Part shown: in pieces, positions 28,743 to 37,763 of the stretch
How positions within the stretch are numbered: the first letter of the stretch is position 1
Layout: each line of letters begins with the position of its first letter
Assembly: GCA_964456855.1 (NCBI GenBank)
Contig: CAYWCU010000002.1
Span: 792-64,791 of the forward strand
From: an uncultured Candidatus Saccharibacteria bacterium
Lineage (GTDB): Bacteria; Patescibacteriota; Minisyncoccia; UBA9983
DNA length: 64,000 nt
Direction: 5' to 3'
Notes under the pieces: model-generated
The model's input: only the letters and a program-made list of their open reading frames with translations
Told to the model about the DNA's origin: nothing
Database searches by the model: none
Program-made: the position numbers and the translations under genes

Positions 28743-29947
28743 TTACTCAATTATTCTTAAAAGAACTGATGGTCCCGTTGCGAACTTAAAAGACCAAAAT
28801 CTATTTTGCAGACTAAAAAAGAAAAAGACCCCAGTGCGGACAAAATCGCACGGGGTCTTTTTCATGCATGTTTTTTTCATATTTTCCAAGTATTCGTTTT
28901 TGCTGGGAAGATTAAGAAGAGTATTCTCAGCGCTCAACGCGAGGCTTGTCCGCAGTCACTTGTCGCCCGCCATCCTCAGGATAGCCTCTTCCAGTTTTTT
29001 CGCGTTCCCGACAGGAACGACAAGCCCGCTGTATCCGTCTTTTATTATTTCCCCCGCGATTCCGACATCCGTCATCACTACAGGACAATTCGCCACCATC
29101 GCTTCAATGACGGTCCTTCCGTATCCCTCGTAATTTGAGGTGAGTAGAAAAAGGTCGGCGGTTTTATAGAAAGAAGCCAAATCGTCCGTCCAGTTTTCAA
29201 AAACGACGTTCGCTTTCAGTTTTCGGCTTTCAGCTTTCAGCTTGTTTTTTTCCGGACCGTCCCCGACTATAATCAGCCCGGTTTCGGGATATTGCTTGAT
29301 GACGCCCTTCATCGCCTTAATCGCCATCCCGATGTTTTTCTCTTTCGTGAGCCGGCTCGCCATTAAAATAATGAAGTCAAATTGCGGATATTTTTCACGC
29401 AAGTTTGTTTTAACGGGCGCCTTTTTTATTTTTTCAACATCAACGAAAATAGGAAGAATGCTGACGGCTGACGGCTGACGTCTTTCAAAGATTCTTTGAT
29501 TCTTTGAGAAACAACACGAACTCAATCGGCGTATCTTAAGGAAAAATGGTAAACCAAAAAACGCAGAAAATTTTTCAGAGATTCTTTTCTGAACCAAGGG
29601 CCTGAAAAATCCGTGTGAATCTGCGCTTGAAATCCCGCCTTAAACTTGATTTTTAAAGCCAGCGCCAAAAGGTTCGTCATCGCGTCTTGGGAAGTTACCA
29701 GAAACCTTTCACCCTTCAAAAGTTTTTTGGCGATTTTATAGGCCCGCCCGAAATATAAAAAATTAAAACGGCTGTTTGTGGGATAAGCCCAGGTGTTGCC
29801 GGAAATTTGCTTAGGCTCAAAACCCGGCTTTGTATACACGATAATCCTCAATTCATCGGTCAGTTTGCCATATTCAACCATCCAAGACCGAACATCGGAC
29901 CCTTCTTGAAAAATATTCTTATCCAAACTGAGCATTAAAACTTTCAT
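28743..29947 (-). pseudogene. GT4 glycosyltransferase copy 2, same two lesions plus a second in-frame TGA
   Basis: 28993-29601 identical to 26214-26822; extra TGA at 28956-28958 followed in frame by LRTSLALSAENTLLNLPSKNEYLE. Confidence 0.85.
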
Positions 29948-30114
29948 TTGTGTTATTGGTATTATAGCAAAATTTTGCCTGAAAATACCCGTTGCACTAA
30001 ACTAGTTAAACAAAAACCGCCATATGTCTGTACACATTACAAAATCACATTGAACTTAAGCCATAAATCCTGTATAATGTTGGTGTGTGGAACGAACGAC
30101 AAAAATTTATTCCC

Positions 30115-30966
30115 ATGAGTAGAAAGAAAGAAAAAACAGACCCCACAAAAGATTCCCCGAGGGAAGGGCTGGAGATGTATTTTTCTCCTGATATTTCCGC
30201 AAAATTCGCGGAGCTGGAGCAGAATGAAAAAAATTACAGAGTGTCCGCGATACTGGATAATATTATAGTCAAAGAATTAGAGAACCTTAAAGAACCGGTA
30301 TTCGCGGCTGAATTGGGCGGTGGAGCCCATCTGGACAGATATCATAATTTCTTCAATAAAATATTGAAAGAACCGGGGGGGCGCATTGATTGGGTGGACA
30401 TATCCCCTTGTATGTTGGATTTGGCGAAAAAATACCTTGCAGACAAGAAATACGCGAACAGGAAGGGAGTGATAAAATTCATAAAAAACGACATTTCAGA
30501 ATACTTGCGCGAAATGAAGGATGAAACACTTGATCTCTCCATAATGAAATACACAATTGATCACATAAAAAATCTTGAGGGGTTTTTTGAACTTTTGTCA
30601 AAAAAGTTAAAAAAAGGAGGAAAACTGATATCCACGGCGGATAACCTCAATCCGGAACTCAAGAGTTATTCAACAAACGCTCGGTTTCTTTATAATGGTA
30701 AGGAATTTCCGGACGATGAAACGAGGACGCTTAAGGACGGCGACAGCTTCACTATTAAATTTTTCAAAGTTTCCGGCGAGCCGGAATCAGGGTATTTGAA
30801 AGGGGCGGAAACGGTAAAATACTATCATTCTCCGGAAAAAATCTCCGCACTGGCAAAAAAATTCAACTTTGACATCTTTTTGGGAGATTGGAGTAAAATC
30901 TCCGATGACGATGGGCGAGTGGGGGAAAATATGGACCAAGATATATTGATATTGACAAAAAAATAG
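30115..30966 (+). CDS. Putative SAM-dependent methyltransferase
   Basis: AELGGGA, WVDISPCMLDLAK, KLKKGGKL; likely start ATG 30115. Confidence 0.7.
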   Translation: MSRKKEKTDPTKDSPREGLEMYFSPDISAKFAELEQNEKNYRVSAILDNIIVKELENLKEPVFAAELGGGAHLDRYHNFFNKILKEPGGRIDWVDISPCMLDLAKKYLADKKYANRKGVIKFIKNDISEYLREMKDETLDLSIMKYTIDHIKNLEGFFELLSKKLKKGGKLISTADNLNPELKSYSTNARFLYNGKEFPDDETRTLKDGDSFTIKFFKVSGEPESGYLKGAETVKYYHSPEKISALAKKFNFDIFLGDWSKISDDDGRVGENMDQDILILTKK

Positions 30967-31067
30967 AATCCGCGTTTCGTTTTGGTCTTTATCTCACCAC
31001 GTCCGACTCCCATCTCCGCAACTCAAACCGATTTTGAATATTTTTTAAATTCGCAATTTTTTTAATT

Positions 31068-31520
31068 TCAAATCTCTCCCCTTTCTACTATTAAAATATC
31101 CAGATTATGAAAATCTTCGGCCGTTTCCTTCAGGATTTTTCTCACCTTTTCTTTGTCCAATCCGACGATGCCGGATCCCAAAAGCGGAACAGCGACAGAG
31201 TGAAGTCCTTCTTTCCCACAGAACTCAAGCGCTTTTCTCCAGGCATTTTCCAATCTTGAGTAGGAAATTATCTCGCGAGTATTCCACACTATCGTAGGAA
31301 TATGAATCACTTTTTTGGCGGGCAGATTTCCAGCCGATGTAACGGCAAATTCTCCCAAAGGACAAAAACCGATTGCCCGACTTTCCTTTTTCAACTCATC
31401 TCCCGCGGTGCGGGCGATAGCCAACGCCACTCCGCCACCATGCTCCAATTCGGCATTGGCGGCGTTCACAATCACGTCAGTGTTCATTTTTACAATATTC
31501 CCTTTTACAAACTTAACCAT
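31068..31520 (-). CDS. Macro domain (ADP-ribose binding/hydrolase) protein
   Basis: DVIVNAAN..L.HGGGVALAI, TSAGNL..KKVIH, PLLGSGI. Confidence 0.92.
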   Translation of the reverse strand: MVKFVKGNIVKMNTDVIVNAANAELEHGGGVALAIARTAGDELKKESRAIGFCPLGEFAVTSAGNLPAKKVIHIPTIVWNTREIISYSRLENAWRKALEFCGKEGLHSVAVPLLGSGIVGLDKEKVRKILKETAEDFHNLDILIVERGEI

Positions 31521-31549
31521 TTTAAAATTTGGGTACCCTTTTGGGGCTT

Positions 31550-32719
31550 TTATTCGTCCGAAGTCGGTGTTTTTATTTTTTTAAAAATCGCGACCAAATC
31601 CTCCAACATTCTTTCTTTGCCGAACTCTCCGACTTTTTGCCCGGCGTTTCGGATGATTTCATTTCTCAATTTCAGGTCGTCGCGCAATTCAAATATCGCC
31701 TTTTTCAGTTCCTCTTTATCGCCATACTCAACCAGAAACCCGTTTTCTTTATCTGTTATCATTTCCGGATTTCCTCCGATATCCGTGGTTATGACGGGAA
31801 TACCGAGAGCCATCGCTTCAAGCAATTGATGCGAAAAGCCCTCATATCCCGTGTTGAGAACAAAAACATCCCCGGCGCGAAGCAGGAGAAGCAGTTCCTC
31901 TTGGGGCAATTGACCGAGCAAAAAAACATTCTTTCGCAAACCGTAATTAGCAATGACCGTTTCCAACGCTTCCCGGTCTGGACCGGAACCGATTATAAAA
32001 AATTTCGCGGATGGAATTTCCTTTAAGATTTTCGGCATAATTCCAATGAGCGTTTTGAAACCTTTCCATGGGACAAGCCGCCCGGCGGAAATAATCAAAA
32101 AGTCATCAGCTTTCAGCTGTCGGTTGTCAGCTATTTTTTTCCGCGCGTCCTCTTTGCTTACTTCTAGTTTCGGCGCGTTGAAAGCATTATGGATAACTTT
32201 TATTTTATCCCCGTTTATTGCCCAGCTCGCGACTATTTTTTTCAAATATTCACTCGGCGTAATGATTTTCTCCGCTTGCCGAGCAACCCACCTTTCAATT
32301 TTTCTCCTCAATTCAGTGAGCCAATCAAACCTCCTTTCTTGAAACTCCTCCAAGCTGATAAAGCGGTTTCTGTTTGAAAATTCATGCGAAGATCCGCTTT
32401 GCATATATTGTTCCCAAGCGTAATCGCCAACAATCTTCAAGATAAATTTCTTCCGCAGGAGCTTCGCGGCAATCGCTGCCGGCAAACCAACGCTCACAGG
32501 ATCCTGGGCGAACACAATATCCGCTTCGCGCGCGCGATTCAAAACCTTAAAAAAATAAGAGAAATGCCGAATGATTTTCGGCAGTCGCCTTACTTTACCG
32601 AAACTCAAAATTTCAACCTCCATCCCCTTTTTCGGCAATTCGTCGAAAAGCAGTTTTGAATATGTCGCCGGTCCCCCTATGTCGGGTGGATAAATGCCGG
32701 TTGCGATTAAAATCCTCAT
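31550..32719 (-). CDS. Glycosyltransferase family 4
   Basis: ATGIYPPDIGGPATY, GRLVPWKG, YEGFSHQLLEAM. Confidence 0.92.
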   Translation of the reverse strand: MRILIATGIYPPDIGGPATYSKLLFDELPKKGMEVEILSFGKVRRLPKIIRHFSYFFKVLNRAREADIVFAQDPVSVGLPAAIAAKLLRKKFILKIVGDYAWEQYMQSGSSHEFSNRNRFISLEEFQERRFDWLTELRRKIERWVARQAEKIITPSEYLKKIVASWAINGDKIKVIHNAFNAPKLEVSKEDARKKIADNRQLKADDFLIISAGRLVPWKGFKTLIGIMPKILKEIPSAKFFIIGSGPDREALETVIANYGLRKNVFLLGQLPQEELLLLLRAGDVFVLNTGYEGFSHQLLEAMALGIPVITTDIGGNPEMITDKENGFLVEYGDKEELKKAIFELRDDLKLRNEIIRNAGQKVGEFGKERMLEDLVAIFKKIKTPTSDE

Positions 32720-32976
32720 ATATTTTGATGATAATACAATTAAAGGCTATTATCAATTGATAATTTTTACTTGACTATGGCAATAGATTGATATAGTTTT
32801 GAATCATGAAGTTTTTTCATAAAAATATTTCAATCAATTGGTGGAGCTCATTTCTTTCTGGAGAAGTGAGTTTTGCGCGCTTTTGATAATTTTTTATCTG
32901 AATTTAAGTTTGTAAAACCCGCTTCTCAAGGCGGGCGTTTTATTAAAACGCAAAGTTCTTTAAAAATAAGGAGGAA

Positions 32977-33762
32977 ATGGTTATGTCAAACGCAATTGAT
33001 TGGAGGCGCATTGAGAAAGCCCTGCTACAGCAAGCGCGCGCTATTGGCGCTGAAAAAAGCAGGGTTAAAGAAATTATTTTGCAATTATCTCAATTGGTTG
33101 AAGTCTGCGGAGAATTTTCGAGAAACAGAAGGATGCTTGTTCGGTTGGGTAGAATTTTTCTGGAGCAAAATCCGATTATATTTGCTCCGTGTTGCCCGGA
33201 CTACACCTGTGAAAAAGGACATTATGATTTTCAGGGGCTAAATGAAGGAGTTTCCTTGGCAACAAGGAAACAAATTAAATTTTTAGAAAAAATAGTGGGG
33301 ATTATTCCACAAGCAAAACCGGTTCTTCTTATCTCGGATCTGGATTCAGATAATGAATCCATTCTTAAAGCCGTGAGGAAAACCAAACAAGAATTTGGTT
33401 TTTGCGTAAAAAGCTCATTAGAAGCCACTCGCGGAGTAATTGAAAATCTTGGGTGGGAGGCAGAGCTTATGACTGTAAAATTTCCTTCTTGGCGCTTCGC
33501 GGAGAAGGAAATTATTGAATGGCTACGTCAAAGTGAGAAGTTTAAAGAGCGTTTGGTTTTAGAGAGCGTGAGGGGCTCGAGACTAACATTAAACCGCGCG
33601 GAAAGATTAAACCGCGCCGAAAGAAATGCTTCTCAATTTGTTGTTCTTGGGAGATTGGCTACCAAGAACAACGCGATTATTTGCGACACAACCACCGGGA
33701 TAATGTCCTGGTATCTGCAAACAGAGGCTGCCATCCTTTGTAATCCAATTAATATTTATTAA
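32977..33762 (+). CDS. Hypothetical protein
   Basis: 261-aa ORF with strong RBS (AGGAGG) and downstream terminator; no family recognised. Confidence 0.75.
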   Translation: MVMSNAIDWRRIEKALLQQARAIGAEKSRVKEIILQLSQLVEVCGEFSRNRRMLVRLGRIFLEQNPIIFAPCCPDYTCEKGHYDFQGLNEGVSLATRKQIKFLEKIVGIIPQAKPVLLISDLDSDNESILKAVRKTKQEFGFCVKSSLEATRGVIENLGWEAELMTVKFPSWRFAEKEIIEWLRQSEKFKERLVLESVRGSRLTLNRAERLNRAERNASQFVVLGRLATKNNAIICDTTTGIMSWYLQTEAAILCNPINIY

Positions 33763-33772
33763 AGATGAATAA

Positions 33773-33802
33773 AAGCTCGGAATAATAAAATATTCCGAGC
33801 TT
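33773..33802. terminator. Intrinsic terminator-like hairpin
   Basis: AAGCTCGGAATA-ATAAAA-TATTCCGAGCTT followed by T-run. Confidence 0.7.
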
Positions 33803-33978
33803 ATTTTTTATGGCAAAAACTAAAAAATATTAAACTTTTTTGATTGCTTCCATAAGCTCGGAAAACTGCTCCTGTGCAAAATGCCCTCTGTTTTCAAAAA
33901 AAGGAGAAATCTCTCAAACTAAAGTTTTCATTCTGAATATTTTGCGTTTTGTTTTGATGACATGGTTGAAGCAATCAC

Positions 33979-34125
33979 TTCAACCTCCATCCCCTTTTTC
34001 GGCAATTCGTCGAAAAGCAGTTTTGAATATGTCGCCGGTCCCCCTATGTCGGGTGGATAAATGCCGGTTGCGATTAAAATCCTCATATGTTGTAATAATA
34101 ATACAGTTAAAGGTCTTTATCAATT
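33979..34125 (-). repeat. Duplicated promoter and 5' end of the GT4 gene at 31550-32719
   Basis: 33979-34088 identical to 32612-32721 (110 bp); weaker similarity continues ~37 bp into the promoter. Confidence 0.92.
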
Positions 34126-34145
34126 AGTTTTATCAAAATAAAATA

Positions 34146-34373
34146 ATGGAAAAAACAAATGAATCTCCAAAGCGGGATGCCGAAGAAAATGAACCTATAG
34201 AGAACAGGCTGTCACTGACCGATAGAGAAAGATTTTTGGAGTTGAGAGAAGCATTCAAAACTATCATTAAGAATTCAAACATCAGCGAGATACTTGACGA
34301 TCCGGAAACAAATCAGTTAACCAAGGAGCTGAAAGAACTGGTTAAAAAAGCCGAAAGCAGAGGAGGAAAATAA
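34146..34373 (+). CDS. Small hypothetical protein
   Basis: 75-aa charged helical ORF with ATG start. Confidence 0.5.
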   Translation: MEKTNESPKRDAEENEPIENRLSLTDRERFLELREAFKTIIKNSNISEILDDPETNQLTKELKELVKKAESRGGK

Positions 34374-34454
34374 ATCAGCCAATCGTTCCAGAGCCCGAGG
34401 GGAAAATTTATGTTCCGAACAAAAAGAAAGGGGCGCGTGAAGACAAACGCCATT

Positions 34455-35678
34455 TTAACTTAGAATTTTGCCGAAAACTTTTTCGCGCATATCCTTGGCG
34501 ATTAAATTCCAGTCGTATTTTTCAAAGGCGAGCTTTTTCGCGTTGGCAAGCGTCCGCGCGGTTTGCTCTGGATTGTCCAGTATTTTTTTAACCGCCTCGG
34601 CGATTCCCTTCGGGTCGCGCGGATTGACGGCCCAGCCGGTCGGCTCCTTGTCCGGATTTCGTTCGGAGTCAAAAAGAAAATCAGCGATGCCCCCTTCTTG
34701 CGTTGCTATCACCGGCAAGCCTGCCGCCATCGCTTCAATGAACGAATTGCCCATTCCCTCGGAAAGGGACGGGCGGATGAATATGTCCGTGGCGGCGAGA
34801 TATTTCGGTAATTCTTTGTGGTCAACAAGTCCCAAGAAAATAACCCTGTCCGCGACACCCTCGTCTTTCGCCAACTTTTTGAGCGCTTCCAAATCCGGCC
34901 CACTTCCCAAAACGATAAACTTTATCCGCCGCGGCGGATCCGGCAAGTGTTTAAGTGATTTAATAACATCGTCAACGGCGTTCTTTTTCACCAAACGCGA
35001 GGTCGTGATTAAATATTTGTCACTCGCTTTTTTGCCCAGTTTATTTTTCAACTCACTCAATTCTTCTTCCGAATACTCCCGCGCGAAACGCTCCGTATCC
35101 ACTCCGTTCGGAACAATTTCAAGCGAACCTTTGAACCCCATATCGCGCGCCCATTTGCCGAGATAAGTTGAAATTGCCTGAATCAAATCCGCCTTAACAA
35201 ATACCATTTTAAAAAAAGGATACACCGCTCGTATTCTCCATCTTTCGGTTATATGAGAAATAGAATCCCCTTCCTGCAGAGTAAGGAGAAACGGGATGTT
35301 CCGTTTATAAAAAATTTTAAAAAATACCGCGGGAAATCCGGCGTAAGACATTATGGACCAAACAGCGTCATACTTGTTTTGCCTGTAAAGTTTAACTGCC
35401 TTAAAAAACGCGAGGAACGGATAAAACACTTTGGAGAAATACATAGGAAATTTAACAAGATCTTCCATTGAAGGGCTTTTTCGGGCAAAGCCGATTCTGC
35501 ACACATTCACATTTCCGATTTTTTCAAACTTGGGAAGGCTACTGTCAAAACGCAGAGTTACCATATCAAATTGAATATCGTCCGGACTGATTCGGTCCGT
35601 AATTTCTTTAACAGCCACTTCCGCTCCGCCGATGAAGGGATGATAAGCGATTGAGAATATAAGGATTTTCTTGGTCAT
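34455..35678 (-). CDS. Glycosyltransferase family 4
   Basis: GGAEVA, VPNGVD, SRLVKKN, SEGMGNSFIEAMAAG. Confidence 0.93.
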   Translation of the reverse strand: MTKKILIFSIAYHPFIGGAEVAVKEITDRISPDDIQFDMVTLRFDSSLPKFEKIGNVNVCRIGFARKSPSMEDLVKFPMYFSKVFYPFLAFFKAVKLYRQNKYDAVWSIMSYAGFPAVFFKIFYKRNIPFLLTLQEGDSISHITERWRIRAVYPFFKMVFVKADLIQAISTYLGKWARDMGFKGSLEIVPNGVDTERFAREYSEEELSELKNKLGKKASDKYLITTSRLVKKNAVDDVIKSLKHLPDPPRRIKFIVLGSGPDLEALKKLAKDEGVADRVIFLGLVDHKELPKYLAATDIFIRPSLSEGMGNSFIEAMAAGLPVIATQEGGIADFLFDSERNPDKEPTGWAVNPRDPKGIAEAVKKILDNPEQTARTLANAKKLAFEKYDWNLIAKDMREKVFGKILS

Positions 35679-35698
35679 TTGCTATATAATACAATGAA

Positions 35699-36868
35699 AT
35701 GAAGGATGAATCAAAGAAAAAAGTTTTATATATCATCACGAAATCCGTGTGGGCGGGAGCGAGCAAGTATACTCACGACTTGGCGGTTTCATTGCCAAAG
35801 GACAAATACGCCCCGATAGTTGCCGCGGGCGGAAGAGGCGCGATGGCGGAAAAAATCATCTCAGCCGATATTCCCTATTTTGAAATCAAATCTTTTCAGC
35901 GAGATGTGAGTATGTTCAAAGACATTTTCGCTTTTTTGGAAATCCTCTCTTTGTTTTTTAAAATCAAGCCGGATGTGGTTCATGTTTCAAGCGCCAAGGC
36001 GGGCGGTATTGCCGGAGTGGCGGTTTTCGCTTACAAACTTTTCACTTCTCGTTTTTCGGTTGTCGCTTGTTTTACCGTCCACGGATGGACATTCAACGAA
36101 CCTCGTCCGCGGTGGCAAACCACGCTGATAAAGATTTTTTCCAAATTGACCTGCCTTTTTTACGGCAAGATTATTTGCGTTTCGGAACACGATTACGATG
36201 TTGCCCTGAAGAACAGAATTACTTCTGAGAAGAAAATGGTTGTCATCCGCAATGGAATAAAACCGGAAGAATATGATTTCCTGCCCAAGGAAGAAGCGCG
36301 AAAAGCCATCAGTCACCACTTGGAAGCCGAGCTTCCAAGTGGTGCTTGGGTTGGAACGATAGGAGAGTTTACGAAAAACAAAGGGCACCTGTTTTTGATT
36401 GAAGCAATCAAAAAGCTATCGGCTGTCGGCTGTCGGCTGTCGGCCGTTTTAATCGGTTTTGACGGCGGAGAAAAAAGAAATTTGGAATCGCAAATCAAAA
36501 ACGGCGGGCTAAGCGATAAAGTTTTTTTGATTGAGGGTCTGCCGGACGCCGCCAAATACCTGAAAGCGTTTGATGTTTTTGTTCTCCCCTCCCTCAAAGA
36601 GGGCTTGCCTTACGTTTTGCTTGAAGCTGGACTGGCAGGGCTTCCGATTGTCGCGTCAAATGTCGGAGGCATTCCTGAAATCGTTGAAAATGGAAAAACC
36701 GGCATTTTGACAAGCCCCGCGGACGGACTCGCGGACGCGATTAAAGAACTTATTGAAAACCCGGAGATGCGGAACAAACTCTCCGTCGCCGCGCGCGAAA
36801 AAATTCTCCAAGATTTCTCTTTTAAAAAAATGCTCGCGGAAACCGTCCGCCTGTACGGAAACGGCTGA
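35699..36868 (+). CDS. Glycosyltransferase family 4
   Basis: TVHGW, KNKGH, PSLKEGLPYVLLEAG. Confidence 0.93.
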   Translation: MKDESKKKVLYIITKSVWAGASKYTHDLAVSLPKDKYAPIVAAGGRGAMAEKIISADIPYFEIKSFQRDVSMFKDIFAFLEILSLFFKIKPDVVHVSSAKAGGIAGVAVFAYKLFTSRFSVVACFTVHGWTFNEPRPRWQTTLIKIFSKLTCLFYGKIICVSEHDYDVALKNRITSEKKMVVIRNGIKPEEYDFLPKEEARKAISHHLEAELPSGAWVGTIGEFTKNKGHLFLIEAIKKLSAVGCRLSAVLIGFDGGEKRNLESQIKNGGLSDKVFLIEGLPDAAKYLKAFDVFVLPSLKEGLPYVLLEAGLAGLPIVASNVGGIPEIVENGKTGILTSPADGLADAIKELIENPEMRNKLSVAAREKILQDFSFKKMLAETVRLYGNG

Positions 36869-36995
36869 AAAACAGCCCTATTGTTATCTTCCACAGCATT
36901 TTATCGAGATAAAACTTTTCTTGTCTTCCGAAGAAAAAGATGTTAGGAATAAATTAAGGAGAACATTAAAATTTTATTAAAAAAGGAGGTGACAT

Positions 36996-37571
36996 TTGAA
37001 CAAGAGGAAAAAGGTTCTTATTGGTTCAGGCATTGCGAGTTTCCTTGTCTTGATGTTTTTCGGCGCCACCGGAACCTTGCAAAATTTCCTGAAAGATTTT
37101 TTTTATTTTCTTTTGGGGAATACGGAAAAAATTTCCCAAAATGCCGGCGCCTATATTTTAATCGCAATTGCTGTTCAAATCGCCGTTGATTTGGCAATAC
37201 TGAGCATGGCGAATGAATCAATATCGTCCCCGGAATACGATACTCTGTCGTACGCAAAAATAATCTGGTACTCCTCTCAGGAAGAAATCATATTCAGGTG
37301 GGCTCTGATATGGATAATAGCGTTAAACCCTCTTTCAACGGTATGGTTCTACTTTATACTGTTGGGGAGCAACCTTGTTTGGACGATATTACACATTCCA
37401 AACTTCAAAGAAGAAAAATTGGCGACGGGGGTGTTGGGGCTGACGAATATTTTTATTTTCGGTCTTCTTGCCTGGTTTTTATTCATCAAGTTCGGAATAT
37501 TGGCGGCAATCGCCGCTCATATTTTAGTCAATGTAATATACAAAAAGCTGAACAAAATGTCACGAGAATAG
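36996..37571 (+). CDS. CPBP/CAAX-family intramembrane metalloprotease-like protein
   Basis: EEIIFR, W..LH, AAIAAHILVN; multiple TM segments. Confidence 0.7.
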   Translation: MNKRKKVLIGSGIASFLVLMFFGATGTLQNFLKDFFYFLLGNTEKISQNAGAYILIAIAVQIAVDLAILSMANESISSPEYDTLSYAKIIWYSSQEEIIFRWALIWIIALNPLSTVWFYFILLGSNLVWTILHIPNFKEEKLATGVLGLTNIFIFGLLAWFLFIKFGILAAIAAHILVNVIYKKLNKMSRE

Positions 37572-37763
37572 AAGGGATGAAATTTTCCGCTTTGAGGCTT
37601 TCGTTTTTCGTCAATTTTCATATTGGTGATGATGTTTAATGGGTATATAACTTTAACAGGAGAATTCAACAAATAAAGCGCGGCAAAGCCGCGCTTTTAA
37701 AATTGGCGCGTATTGGCGGCAAGAAACTGGAAATTCGGCTTGTTTTAAGGTAGTATTCAATGA

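Noticed and set aside
26743-29524. UGA-to-Gly recoding (genetic code 25) suggested by in-frame TGA codons
   Set aside because: TGA ends many intact genes here, and the two pilin paralogs end at the same position with TGA and TAG; nonsense mutation is more parsimonious
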